Assembly (NCBI RefSeq): GCF_006345805.1
Contig: NC_043009.1
Span: forward strand, 67,394,001-67,458,000
Source: Octopus sinensis
Taxonomy: Eukaryota
Reading direction: 5' to 3'
Length of the DNA: 64,000 nucleotides
Within the stretch, counting starts at the first letter, position 1. Every line of letters begins with the position of its first letter. Below, one piece after another: positions 40,079 through 53,154 of this stretch. The translations under genes were made by a program, and so were the position numbers. Below the pieces are notes generated by a model that made no database searches, was not told the origin of the DNA, and saw only the letters and a program-made list of their open reading frames with translations.

Positions 40079-40654
40079 GTTGATAATCCACATCACTGCC
40101 CTACCAGATAAGCTGGAGAGTTGTGTCTCATTCACGGGTTTTTGGCATGGTTTCTATGGCTGGACGCCTCCCCCCCCTAATGTCAGCTACTTTACCTAGA
40201 GCACTGCATGCATTTTATCCTGGCACCTGCACCAGTGAGGTGGCTGCATACTCTGCTAAAGTTTTCCTCATACTTTCGTGCTGTTTCTCTGTTTGTTCAA
40301 GGTAACTTGACTGAGAGGGTGAATAGATGAAAGGGCAATGGCAGAAGACGAACTTGAGGTTAAAGGGTGAGAGGAGCGAGAGTTTGGTTGGGGTGAAAAT
40401 GGTAGGAGGAAGTATGGAAGAGGCAGTATTGATAGGAGGTGGGGTTATGGGAGAGAGGTAGTGATGGGAGATATATGTTTAATGATTGATTGAGAGAGAG
40501 GGAGAGAGAGAGAGAGAGAGAAAGAGAATGATGGTCAACCTTAGGGATGAGAGAAATGGTTAAGAGAGTGATAGAGGTTGCTAGTGAGTGACCTGAATGA
40601 GGAGGAGTGATGGTTATAAATACAGAAGAGGGAAAGTTGAGTATATTGGATATA

Positions 40655-40885
40655 GGCGATGAGCTGGCAGAAACGTTAGCGCGCCGGGCGAAATGTTTAG
40701 CGGTATTTCGTCTGCCGTTACGTTCTGAGTTCAAATTCCGCCGAGGTCGACTTTGCCTTTCACCCTTTCGGGATCGATAAATAAAGTACCAGTTTCGCAC
40801 TGGGGTCGATGTAATCGACTTAATCCGTCTGTCTGTCCTTGTTTGTCCCCTCTATGTTTAGCCCCTTGTGGGCAGTAAAGAAATA
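40655..40885 (+). mobile_element. Young family-B (Deu/Nin-like) SINE
   Basis: CpG-intact GGCGATGAGCTGGCAGAAACGTTAGCGCGCCGGGCG...GGTAAAGAAATA-type end. Other copies at 4520-4720, 33318-33600(-), 39365-39537. Confidence 0.85.
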
Positions 40886-41689
40886 TATATATATGTGTAC
40901 ACACACACACACACACACACATACAGAAGCACACATACACAGACACACACACACAGAGTCCTGGTGAAGATTGTATCACTCAACACAGACTAGTGTTTGG
41001 AGTGTGTAGAATGAGAACCAGACAGATTTAGAGACAAATGGCAGCCTGGGGGGGGGGTGGGGTGGGGGAGAAACTGACATGTCACCTTCTGCTTGACATA
41101 GGTTGAGAGAAATCCTAAGTGATATATGTATGTGAAGAAGGTGAAGGAGAGACAGCTGGAGACCCCCCCCACCCTCTAGCGGTAGGTAGAGGTCAGTTGG
41201 AAAGTTTTTATGAGACAACCTGCTGAAAGCTGCAGACCTGTTATGCGCGCCTGGAGTAAAGTTCCCAACCCAGAGGAAAGGTAACATGGTGGTGGTGGTG
41301 GTGGTGGGGGGCGATAATATTTTAAATGGAACTACAAAAACTAAAAGACCGGCCTGGGAAGGTAGGTTTCAAAGCAAAGCTCAATATCATCATCATCATC
41401 GTCATCATTGTTTAACGTCCGTTTTTCCATGCTAGCATGGGTTGGACGGATTCACTAAAAGAGAGCTTACTACACATGAGCTTACTACATATTCTGGCAT
41501 ACAAGATGACATAGTATGGTACATGGTGTAAACATGTAGTGTATACGTTCAAATGTTGTCACTTTCCAAATCCTGCTGCAATTCATTTGGAATTTTTGGT
41601 TTTCTAAAGTGTTGGTGTATAAATCTACCTACCTCTTTTTTTTTTTTGGGATGTAAATTTTGGTTTGAAAGATGTGACTTCTGTGCTGG

Positions 41690-41920
41690 AAAATATGGAA
41701 TGTATCAAGAGAAGCTGAAAGCAAGGTGCTTACCGATGTTCTGTGATGAAAGGATCAGAGGTCTGGATTGTAAAACGGTGTATCTGTGTGAATCGAACGT
41801 GAGAAACTTGACGGAAAGAAATGTCAACGTCATCTCAGACTCACCAACGACATAATGGACAACTTCCCTTGTCATCTGTGTTCAAGGACCGGACTGTTTA
41901 TACATCTGTCAACTCACAAA
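41690..41920 (+). mobile_element. RTE-clade LINE C-terminal fragment
   Basis: ...DNFPCHLCSRTGLFIHLSTH resembles the RTE C-terminal C2H2 motif CxxCxRxxxSRIGLxSHxRTH. Confidence 0.55.
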
Positions 41921-43329
41921 ATGTAGGGTAAGATTCCTAGAGAGCGATGTTGTCGTCAACATTGACGGATGACTATAAGCAAGTAACTGAAAACAACACC
42001 AGGTGATTTACTCTGACTGGTACTGAGAGCAAAGAGGCCTGGAAATGTTGTTCATGTGGGAGGTTGTTGAATGTGGGAAATCTGTAAGAGGGTCCACCAC
42101 ATGTTGGGTCTCTCGGCAATAAATTGCTTGTATTTCTACAATACTCAAAGTATTTTAACAACTTTTTTTTATAAAATTCCTAATAATTTTTAAATATTAA
42201 AATACAAAAAAGAATTTTTCTAACATTAAATGGCTGTAAGGGTCCATCTGAGTAAAATAGGAATCAGAAGGGTTCCATAGGTAAAAAAAAAAAAAGGGCA
42301 GATGTATGGTTGAAATAACTGTTGGGGATATGGAAGGGGTGGGGTGGGGGGAAGCTGCTAGTCCATTAGAGAAAGTCATTGAGATGCTGAACATATCTGA
42401 ATGAAGTAGGATTGTCAATCAGATGATGTAGAATCAGTGGGTGTGGTCAGACTAGCGGTTGGTTTTGTAGTGCCATCATTAAGTGGTGCAAGAACAAAAG
42501 AAATACACATCATCAGTGTTATCCTCCTCCTCCTCCTCCTCCTCCTCATCATCATCATCATCACACCACTGGTTTTTTTTCCAGGTTTGTAATGTTTAGA
42601 TAGGTCATACCAAACCAAGTAAGTTGTTGTTCAAAGTTACTGTCTCTGTAGGATCAGCTGAAGGAGTTTGTCTCACTTCCGTGTTCTAGTCTTTGGAATG
42701 GTTTCTATGGCTGGATGCCTTTTGTAACCTCAGTCCCTTTACAAAGTGTACTAGACTGGGGTGTATTTTATTGTGGCTGCAGCATAAGTGAGGCTGCTTT
42801 GTACACTATAAGATGGAAAAGTCCTCACTACTCTGTGGTGTGTGTGTTCTCAAGAATCATGAAAGCGAATCATAGAGGAATCAGTGATAGAAGAACCAGA
42901 ATGGAGGGATGGCAGGAGTGTGGTTCAGACAGAGGGATCAGATGAGAGGGTGATAGAAGGGGAGAGGAAGGGGGAGGATAATGATAGAGAAGGATAAAAT
43001 TGAATGCGGGGAAGAGTGTATTGAGTACAAACAGATCCCGTGTCAGTCCCTTATACACATGCTGTATGATAGGCAAGATGGAGTGATAAGGACGATAGTA
43101 AAGGAGACTGAATGCAGCTGGGTCCATCTCTTGTTACCTAAACCTTTATGGATGAGTAAATGGGAGAAATCTACTGCCATCCTTAGCTACTCCAGTAGCG
43201 TTAGTATCGTGGATAAGAAAGAGGGTATGTGATTGATAGAGAGAGAGAGCGAGAGAGAGAGAGAGGTAAGTGAAAGGAAGATGAAAGAGTATCAAAGACT
43301 ACAGGAATGGCAGCGGACGGCACTTGTGG

Positions 43330-43615
43330 CCAAGAGACCCAAATGTAGTCAATGCCCATCACTATGAGCTTTTAATGTTAATGTTTTTAGCATTCATTTG
43401 ATCCCATTTGTACTGAGAGGCAAATCTTTTCTTGCTTTGTGTGTCACCAGTCATCTTGGTCTTTTCGTCTTTTGTCATCTCTGCGAGGCTCAGCATCCTG
43501 AGGTCAGCTTTCATTGCTTCCGCCCATGTCTTCCTCTGTCTCCCTCTTTTATGGGTGACATCAACTTTGAGCGTCCCGTACTTCTTTAAGCAGTCGTCCT
43601 CCATGCTTATCACAC
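43330..43615 (-). mobile_element. RTE-clade LINE C-terminal fragment
   Basis: DDCLKKYGTLKVDVTHKRGRQRKTWAEAMKADLRMLSL resembles CVKKCxxLxVEGxRGRGRPRKTWxEVVxxDL. Confidence 0.7.
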
Positions 43616-44286
43616 ACCCATCATCATTATCATTGTCTTCGTCATCATCATCACATCATCGTCATCACCATGTTGTCATCATCATCATCATCACATCTGC
43701 ATTCCATGTTAACATGGGTTGGACAAACCATGCCAGACTGAGTTTCCTCTTGAATCTCATATTTAGCAGAACAAGTTCACTTCACAAAATCCTCGTCTTT
43801 CAGGGCCCACATCTCACTACTACCATACAGCATTGTAGTTTGTATTCCAGCATCATACAGTCTCTTTCACTCCAAGAGAAAATCCTTTTTTAACGAGCAG
43901 AATAATTACCCTTTGAACTTCCAGCTTGTTTCTACTCTGGTTACTATACTTTGTGCAATAATTACCTTCACTGTTAATTAGGTCGTCTGCGTTACAGAAT
44001 CTTATCAACTACTTCCTGAAAGCCTACCAGGAATTTAAAAGAATTTCCAAGTGCTCTAAGGGCTTATTAGCTCTGTGTATTTGCAGCGTACAAAATTTGC
44101 TTTTTTCATCAACCTGACTATGATTTCACTACACTTCATGCATATCCGTACTTCTGAACCGTATCATTTGTGTACACTAATATTACATGTTTAGCAGAAC
44201 AGGCTTGCTTCATTGATTCTTTCCGGCCTTTGAACATCCTTTGTATTCGGTGCCCACATTTCATTTACCATTCTGAAGTCCATGCA

Positions 44287-44727
44287 TACGAGTGAGTGGT
44301 TGAACTGAGAAGTTCCTGGCTTTGAGTAAAAGAAAATACAGGAGGATCAGTCAATTATGATTTTATTCCCCTCTCAGATTCACACCACTTATTGCAGGGA
44401 TCCTTCAGTTTTTTCTAAGCCCTGTTAAAGAAATTGGAAGGTTGGTCCTCCAGCCAGACTTTTCGTAATTCCCTTAACTCTTTAGCATTCAGAATTTTCT
44501 GTCAAATGAAATGCTTTTTTGTTCATATTGTTTTGAATTAATCATTATCTTGTAGCTTGGAGATTTCAATGATGTCATTGTTTATTTTTAGAATGACATT
44601 GTAGGGTAGGTATGAGAGGCCACACCTGGTCAGTTTGAATATAAAAGAAGTAAAATATTTGGGTAAGATATGGCCGGTTTAAACACTAAAGGGTTAAAAG
44701 CCAGGGACTGTTCAGCACCCCCTTGTA
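44287..44727 (+). mobile_element. Mariner-type MITE with nested P1 MITE
   Basis: TACGAG...GAAGTTCCTGGCTTT / AAAGCCAGGGACTGTTCAGCACCCCCTTGTA termini. Confidence 0.65.
44478..44693 (+). mobile_element. piggyBac-like MITE P1, full length
   Basis: TTAA TSD at 44474-44477 and 44694-44697; ends CTCTTTAGCATT / AAACACTAAAGGG. Confidence 0.85.
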
Positions 44728-45066
44728 AGCATAAAAAAAAATCTACCCTTTACTCAAAGACAAAATCCCTACTTTGTCAGGTGAGGCGAAAGCTCTTTGA
44801 ACTTTTTCTACCCTGTTCTTATTCTGACTGAAACCCTTTGACAGCACCCATTTCCAGTGTTGATTGTGCTGGTGGCACGTAAAAAGCACCCACTACACTC
44901 TCAGAGTGGTTGGCATTAGGAAGGGCATCCAGCTGTAGAAACCTTGCCAGACCAGATTGGAGCCTGGTGCAGCCTTCTGGCTCTTCAGACCTCAGTCAAA
45001 CCGTCCAATCCATGCCAGCATGGAAAGCAGATATTAAATGACGATGCTGAAGATGATGAATGAATC

Positions 45067-46030
45067 TTAAATTTCTATAATGGTTTGGAGCTCTGTAATA
45101 AGAAGGGGACGAGGACTGACCCCTTGATCACTTACCTGCACACTAAATTCCTCCCTGAACTCAGAGCTAGTTTTACTGCATCTCTGTACTTGGCTTAGAC
45201 CATTCTTACAAGCCACCCATCTATGTCTAGTCTTTTTGACAGACCACCAGACTACAGATTGTGGTACCCTGTTTGAGGTTTTCTCCACATCAACAAATGC
45301 TGGGTAGAGAGGCCTACTCTTAGTTAAAAACCTTCCCTTGTAGTTGTCCCTCATTGAGGAGTTCATCAGTAATACTCCACCTTGGCACTAATCTGAACTG
45401 TATCTCGTCTAATCTGGTTCTTTTCCTAATCATTTGTGTTAATACTTTTGTTGTTAACTTTCAGAACTTAATCATCCAGTTTGATGCCCCTGTACTTGCT
45501 GCTTTCTAAAGTGTCTCCTTTGTCCTTTTAACAGTTGATTGCTGCCCCCAGGTATTGGGTACGGCAACTCCCTGCATTACTTACTTGTCTAAACCAGTAA
45601 CTAACCTGAGCTCTTCTTTGCCTGATATTTTTGCTATAGCAGGGACTACATCTCACGAAGCTGTTTCTTTCCTCCATGTGTTTTTGTTTTTGTTTAATGG
45701 GCATTTCTATAAAAGAGAGGTCAAATTCAACTGCTGGACTCTGTGTTGGGTATACTTGAAGTAGTCCCTCTTCCCTCCTTCCTCTTCTCTCCTACATTCA
45801 GCAAATTCTCATAAATTACATTTCTGAACTCTTCTCAATCTCATTGAGATTAAGTGCATCACTCTCATTTCGTGCTCTCTTTTGCCCCCAGCAAGTGTCT
45901 TCATTTACTCAGACACTCCTTCACAATCCAGAACAGCTCACACCTCTGATCCCCTTCTCCCTGAAATCTAGCTGACCTCCTGCTTTCCACTTCTCTTCAA
46001 GCTAAGCACACTTGTTGATCAGCTTATCTT
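45067..46030 (-). mobile_element. RTE-clade LINE RT fragment
   Basis: RPLYPAFVDVEKTSNRVPQSVVWW...EEFSVQVSDQGVSPRPLL resembles KPLYLAFVDLEKAFDRVPR.LIWW...VGVHQGSVLSPLLF. Confidence 0.8.
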
Positions 46031-46389
46031 GGGTATGAGACATTTTGGCGCAGCTGTTTTGGCACCACCTACTTGGCACTGTGGATTCAGTCCTGACTTA
46101 TTTGACATTAGATGATTTTAATATTTCTCTCTTTTTCTTTATCTCTTTCCATCAGTCTCTCTCTCTTTCTTTCTCATTCACTCTATATATAGTTATAATT
46201 ATCTCTGTGTGTAATGACTCCCCCTCTCTCTCTGTTTTTCTATCTCTATATTTCTGCACATGCACTGTGTGTTTGTTTCTGGTGTCTCCAGTCAGCTACA
46301 TCCAGTTGTCTCCTTCCAGCTTATCTTTTACTCACATAATATCGTTCATAGCTGAAACCCTTTAACCAGGCTTTCCATCCCTGTCTTTA

Positions 46390-47585
46390 AGTTTTTATGG
46401 CTCTTTTTAGAACCATTTTTAATGAAGAATAGGTCTCTCCACTGCCATGTTACCTAATATCTGGTCAATACATTTTTCCAGCTACAGAACTTGTCTGCAG
46501 CTCACTTCAGGTTGTGTCATAAAAACTCCCAGTTTAGGGTTTAGGGTTGTTATTCCCCCAAGCATTATCAATAGTCTCTCGATCCGCTTCACTCTTCTTA
46601 TGAAGTCACTCGTCAATGATCTATGTTGCTTGGTACATTCTTCACCAAAGAATGACATAGTATTTACCGCCATCTGTTATATTCTGTTTCCTGGTCAGAA
46701 TGAAGCTTATCGCATGGTCACATGATTGGAAGGGGATCAAATGGTGAGTTGGTCTCTTGAGGTTTGTGTTGCAGATGATTTCTTAGCATCGTAGAATCCC
46801 CAGAAGTCTCGATATCTCTTCATTCCTAGACCATATCCTCAGCTGCTATGTCTTCTGGTGTTGCTATTCTAAGGCATAGCTTTAATGCTGCTGCCTAACA
46901 CATTCACTGAAGTCACCAGCCAACATAGTGATGATGCTGTCATTTGTTATCAAGCCAGTTTGTAATAAGGCCTCATAAAAACAGTCTCCTTTTACTTATC
47001 GGTCAGTCCCAGTTGAGGTGCAGAGATAACACTTACTCTTGGTTTATCTACAACTGGTTTAAACTTAATTATTCTGTCTAATATTCCAGCTATTTTAATT
47101 GTTCATTTCTATCCACTCCTCTTCCACTAGTGTACCTACTTCACCTAATCCAACATTTTTACCATCTCAGAAGAATTTGTACTTGTGTTCTTCACCTGAG
47201 AAGTTGAGTTGAGTCTCCCCTTTGCCCGAGAGGGGGATGGTCAAGGCTCCCCTCCATCTCACCTCTTGCATGCAGCACATGCCTACTCTAACATCTATAT
47301 AATCTCACTAGAACTACTTTTCATTGTATCAGTGTTATTGATTGTTGCCCTGGTGTCTGATGGGTTGGTGCTTGATATCTGTTTTCTGCAATTGAAAGGC
47401 AGTGTGTCCTCACTTGATGATGGTGGAGGGGTTTCTCGCATCCTGATCAGATATTTCCAACTATCCATCCCATGGTCATGCAATGAGTTTTTATCAATAT
47501 ATTGGAACACTAAAAGATTTTGGCACTGTTTTTTACATGATGACTCCTCTTCCTACGACCAACTCCTTTACAAGATAGACTGATT
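46390..47585 (-). mobile_element. 5' part (APE endonuclease region) of a decayed RTE-like LINE
   Basis: Broken minus-strand frames include ...ITMLAGDFS..GYGLG.., resembling the APE motif GDFNA...YG.G.RN. Confidence 0.45.
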
Positions 47586-47748
47586 GCACTTTATTGTGCC
47601 CCCAACACTAGAGGGGTTGTCTGCCAGAACTAAAAGTGTCCACTTGACTCTGTCAGTTTCTATTCAAAGTCAATGCTCTCCTGATGGTATATGCATGTAT
47701 TTGTATTTTGTGGCCTTCATGTGCTTACTCAGTCTCTCTGTCTGTCTA

Positions 47749-47783
<35 letters not shown>

Positions 47784-48288
47784 TACACAAATCACAAGTA
47801 CTTATACACTTCAAAAAACATTACAGACACGCATAGGCACACAATCTTACACAGGTTTATTGTGCAGTGAAAATACATTTCCAAGAGGTTTCATTTTATT
47901 TTCAAATATGACAGATGTATATAGATGTGTGTGTGTGTGTGTGTACATCTATATTCATATATGTATGCATCTATTTCAATGTATGTCTTAATGGTCTTCT
48001 TAGAAAGTACTCACAAGTTGTCCTGTCAAAATACTTATATTTAGTTGACATCTCACAGTATTGTCGCCACCTCCTGCTCCTCCTCCTCCTCATAATAATA
48101 ATGATAATAATAATAATACTCTTTTACTTGTTTCTGTCATTTGACTGCAGCCATGCTGGAGCACCTTTGTAAGCCTAGTACTTATTCTATCGATCTTTTT
48201 TGTCGAACTGCTAAGTTATGGGGACATAAAAACACCACCATCGGTTGTCAAGCAATGTTGAGGGGACACACAAACATACACACACACA

Positions 48289-48335
<47 letters not shown>

Positions 48336-48337
48336 CA

Positions 48338-48371
<34 letters not shown>

Positions 48372-50452
48372 CGATGGGCTTCTTTCAGTTTCCGTCTACC
48401 AAATCCACTCTCAAGGCTTTGGTCAGCCCGAAGCTATAGTACAAGACACCTGCCCAAGGTGCCATGCAGTGGAACTGAACCTGGAACCATGTGGTTGGTA
48501 AGCAAGCTACTTACCCCACAACCACTCCTGTGCCTAAATAATAATAATCTATTTCTCTGCCCCTAATTGCAAAAGTTTCATGGGTCTTTGCCAACACACC
48601 ATCCCTGTGTGCAATTCTGAAATCAGCTTTCATTCTCTTTGCCCACATCTTCCTCAATCTTCCTTTTCTCATTTTGATCTCTTAGCATTTTTCCACCCAT
48701 CTCTCATCCTCCTATCCTCCAAAATCATCTCTTGTCTTTGACAATGCTGACCCAATGCCCTCTGCACCCTCATTCACCTCTTACCTGGTTTTAACTCAGT
48801 TCACCTGTGCTCTGTTGTTCATACATGCTACAATGCTCGTGTGTATACGACCACACTTTCACTCAAGCAGGCTTATTTCATTTCTCTCTCACCTTTATAC
48901 ACCCTCTGCATTCAATACTCCTGGTACTCTTATTTGCTTCCCTTTGAAGTGTCGGCCCACAAGCCATGCTTGAGGAGACTTATTGAGTCAAATAAAATCA
49001 AAAATCAAAATTAAATTACAATCAGAATCTCAATCAAATTGAAATTCAAAATGGAAATTGTAGTTGTGGCCGATGTCAGTGCCACCCGACTGGTTCCCAT
49101 GCTGGTTTCACGCAATAAGCACCATTCATGCATGAGTCATTGCCAGTGCTGCCTGACTGGTTCCTTGTGCCGGTGGCACATAAAATATCCCATCCGAATG
49201 TGGCCGATGCCAGCCCTCCCCCCTACCCCGAGTGGTTCCTGTGCTGGTAGCATGTAAAAAGCACCATCCGAATGTGGCTGATGCCATTGCTGCCTGACTG
49301 GCTCCCATGCCGGTGGAATGTAAAAAGTACCCACTACACTCTTGGAGTGGTTGGTGTTAGGAAGGGCATCCAGCTGTAGAAACCTTGCCAGATCAGACTG
49401 GAGCCTGGTGCAGCCTTCTTGCTCACCAGTCCTCAGTCAAACCGTCCGAACCATGCCAGCATGGAGAGCGGACGTTAAACAATGATGATGATGAGGATTC
49501 GCCAACAATTGTTTTATTTCACAAATAAAATTAAAATTGCAAAACATAAAAATATATAATTTTACATTTTAAATACCTTATAAGGAAAACAATCAGAGTG
49601 TGCAGAGGACACGCTCTCTCTCTCTTTCTCTCTCTCTATACATATATATATATATATATATGTAGATTTGTATGACCTTTCAGCCATTGATTTACACCCA
49701 AGTAAATTGCCATTATGTTACTTAAAGGCATTTTATTGATTTCAGTATCAACTTGTGGTTAAAGTTAGGACTTTGAAAAGTTCTTGGACTTATTTATATA
49801 GGCACAGGAATGACTATGTAGTAAATAGCTTGCTTACCAACCACATGGTTCTGGGTTCAGTCCCACTGTGGTTTGGCAAAAGAGACCAATAGAATAAGTA
49901 CTAGGCTTACAAAGACTAAGTCCCGGGGTCGATTTGCTTGACCAAAGGCAGTGCTCCAGCATGGCCAAATGACTGAAACAAATAAAAGAGTAAAAGACTT
50001 TACCACTTATTAATTCACTGCAGTTAAAGTGGAATAATATTTCTCCTGCACAATTTCCTGCTTTGTTTTAATACTTTTTTTCCATATCCAACTCTAGTGG
50101 GCTTCCCATTAATTTCCCTTATTCCAACTTAAAATAGACAAGCCTCTCTTTATTAATCTATTTAAGTTGTACTAAAAATTCATTATTATTTTTTGTTCTC
50201 TGCTTATTCTGCCTTTGTGCAAACAGCTTGTATCCTGCTCTCTTTCATTTAACAACTCTTTCAGCTTTTATAGACTTACGCAATTTCTCTTTTATTTTCT
50301 TCCTGCCTGGTCGTGTGGCGTTTTAATTTGCTGCTTCTAAATATTTTGTATTTGTTTTGTGTCAGCCTCAGAACTTTTGTTGTTGATCTTTGTAAGTGGA
50401 TGCATGTGTGTTTGTGTGAATGTGTGGATACTTTTATGCACATTCTTGTGTA

Positions 50453-50454
<2 letters not shown>

Positions 50455-50502
<48 letters not shown>

Positions 50503-50546
50503 TATATGTATGTATATATATATATATATATATGCATATATGTATG

Positions 50547-50597
<51 letters not shown>

Positions 50598-50889
50598 ATA
50601 TATATATATGCATATATGTATGTATATATATATATGCATATGTGTATGTATATATATATATATATGCATATGTGTATGTATATATATATATATATATGCA
50701 TATGTGTATGTATATATATATATATATATGCATATGTGTATGTATATATATATATATATGCATATGTGTATGTATGTATATATATATATATGCATATGTG
50801 TATGTATGTATATATATATATGCATATGTATGTATGTATGTATATATATATATATACATATATGCATATGTGTATGTATATATATATAT
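50455..50889. repeat. Compound (TA)n-GCATATGTGTATG microsatellite/minisatellite
   Basis: Direct reading; source of the long spurious Y/I/H/M ORFs. Confidence 0.95.
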
Positions 50890-51400
50890 GGCCACGAACG
50901 GACGGTTCTTTTACGTGTCACCGGCACGGGGGCCAGCCGAGGCTGCAACGGACGCGAACGGATGGTGCTTTTTTCGGTGGCACGTAAAAGCACCATCCGT
51001 TCGCGTCCGTTGCCAGCCTCGGCTGGCCCCCGTGCCGGTGACACGTAAAAGCACTGTCCGTTCGTGGCCGTTTGCCAGCTCTGTCTTGCCCCGTGTCGGT
51101 GGCACATAAAAGCACCATCCGTTCGTGGCCGTTTGCCAGCTCTGTCTTGCCCCGTGTCGGTGGCACATAAAACACCATCCGTTCGTGGCCGTTCGCCAGC
51201 TCTGTCTGGCATCTGTGCAGGTGGCACGTAAAAAACACCCACTACACTCGCAGAGTGGTTGGCGTTAGGAAGGGCATCCAGCCGTAGAAACACTGCCAGA
51301 TCTGACTGGGCCTGACGAAGCCTTCCAGCTTCACAGACCCCAGTAGACCCGTCCAACCCATGCTAGCATGGAAAGCGGACGCTAAATGATGATGATGATG
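50890..51400 (+). mobile_element. Young family-C SINE with an inverted 5' segment
   Basis: CpG-intact, with ~60-bp tandem units. 50890-50972 is the reverse complement of 50986-51069. The flanking microsatellite motif recurs on both sides. Confidence 0.85.
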
Positions 51401-51953
51401 ATATGCATATGTGTATGTATATATACATATATAAAACTTAAACTTATATATTTACACGCACACATATTTGTATGCATGTATATGCACACACACACGCGTA
51501 CGTATGTGTATATATGTGTGGCTGTGTGGTAAGAAATTTGTTTCCCAGTTACATGGTTCCAGGTTCACTCCCACTGCATGGCACCTTGGACAAATGACTT
51601 CCACTATAGCCAGCTGTAGCCTTGGGCCAACCAAAGCTTTGTGAGTGGATTTGGTAGATGAAAACTGAAAGAAGCCCATTGTATATATATATATTTGCCA
51701 GGGACAGAGTGAATGTATCAGCAGTAAGATATATTGCTTTTCCCTTTCACCACCGACTTGGTCAGTCACACTTCTCTGTTCTGCCACTTGTTTCTCCACA
51801 GTTTGTTTAGTTCCTCCTTCGTTCTGCCCTTCCTCTGTCCTCAGTCCTTCAGGGCTTTTTCATTTCACTTTGCATTACCCACATTCGCCTGTCTGATAGC
51901 CATAAGCCTTTTTTTGTTGTTGTTGTATTTCTTGTTGTATTTGTATAACTATT

Positions 51954-52310
51954 ACTAGCAGTATCGCCCGGCGTTGCTTGGGTTTGTAAGGGAAATAACT
52001 ATAAAGCATTTTTAGAGAGTTATAGCCAAAAAATAGCAAAAAAATGGGAAAAAAAGATGGTAAATTTTTTTTAAGAGTTAAAAAGGTCGAATGTTTCTGA
52101 TTCTCGACCCCATGTCGAATTTATCGATTTTTTTCAGAACTGGGGGAACTTTTCAAAATTTTTGCTGCGTTAGTTTTGAATTATGACATTGGGCTATGTG
52201 TGTGTCAAGTTTCATCAGAATCGGTTGAAAGCCGTGGTCAGGGTGAGGGTACAACCTAACAGACACACAGACACGCAGACAGACAAACTGCCGTTTATAT
52301 ATAGAGAGAT
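51954..52310 (+). mobile_element. Non-autonomous Helitron/Helentron-like element
   Basis: ACTAGCAGTATCGCCCGGCGTTGCT...CAGACAGACAAACTGCCGTTTATATATAGAGAGAT. Confidence 0.55.
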
Positions 52311-52910
52311 AATTGGTTTGTTTGTTTTCGTCATTGCCCTTTATGTTTTTTAGCTATTCCCAGTGGCTTTTTTTTTTTTTTTTTTTTTGCACTGGTGCCT
52401 CCAGTAAAGGAGTGGTCTCAAAACTACTAAGATCTCTTGGACGTTGACTGATAAGGAATTAGCTACGAATTTTCTGTTTTGCTTTAGTCAAATTTTCCAG
52501 TTGTTATGATTTTTTAAAAAGTAATCCTTTATATAGGCACAGGAGTGGTTGTGTAGTAAGAAGCTTGCTTCCCAACCACATGGTTCTGGGTTCAGTCCCA
52601 CTGTGTGTCACCTTGGGCAAGTGTCTTCTACTATAGCCTCGGGCTGACCAAAGCCTTGTGAGTGGATTTGGTAGACAGAAACCGAAAGAAGCCCATCATA
52701 TTTGTGTGTATGTGTGTGTCTGTGCTTGACAACCGATGTCTGTGCTTGACGACTGATGTTGGTGTGTTTAAGTCTCCATAACTTAGCAGTTTGGCAAAAG
52801 AGACCGATAGAATAAGTACTAGGCTTACAAAGAATAAGTCCTGGGGTCAATTCATTCGACTAAAGGCAGTGTTCCAGCATGGACACAGTGAAATGACTGA
52901 AACAAATAAA

Positions 52911-52941
<31 letters not shown>

Positions 52942-53154
52942 CTTCTGTGCCGGTGGCATGTAAAAAGCACCCACTACACTCACGGAGTGGTTGGCGTTAG
53001 GAAGGGCATCCAGCTGTAGAAACACTGCCAGATCAGACTGGAGTCTGGTGCAGCCTTCTGGCTTCCCAGATCCCTGGTCGAACTGTCCAACCCATGCTAG
53101 CATGGAGAACGGATGTTAAACGATGATGATGATGATGATAATATATATATATAT

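Noticed and set aside
50276-51356. Long ORFs of 141-339 aa
   Set aside because: Translations of (TA)/(TATG) microsatellite plus SINE tandem units.
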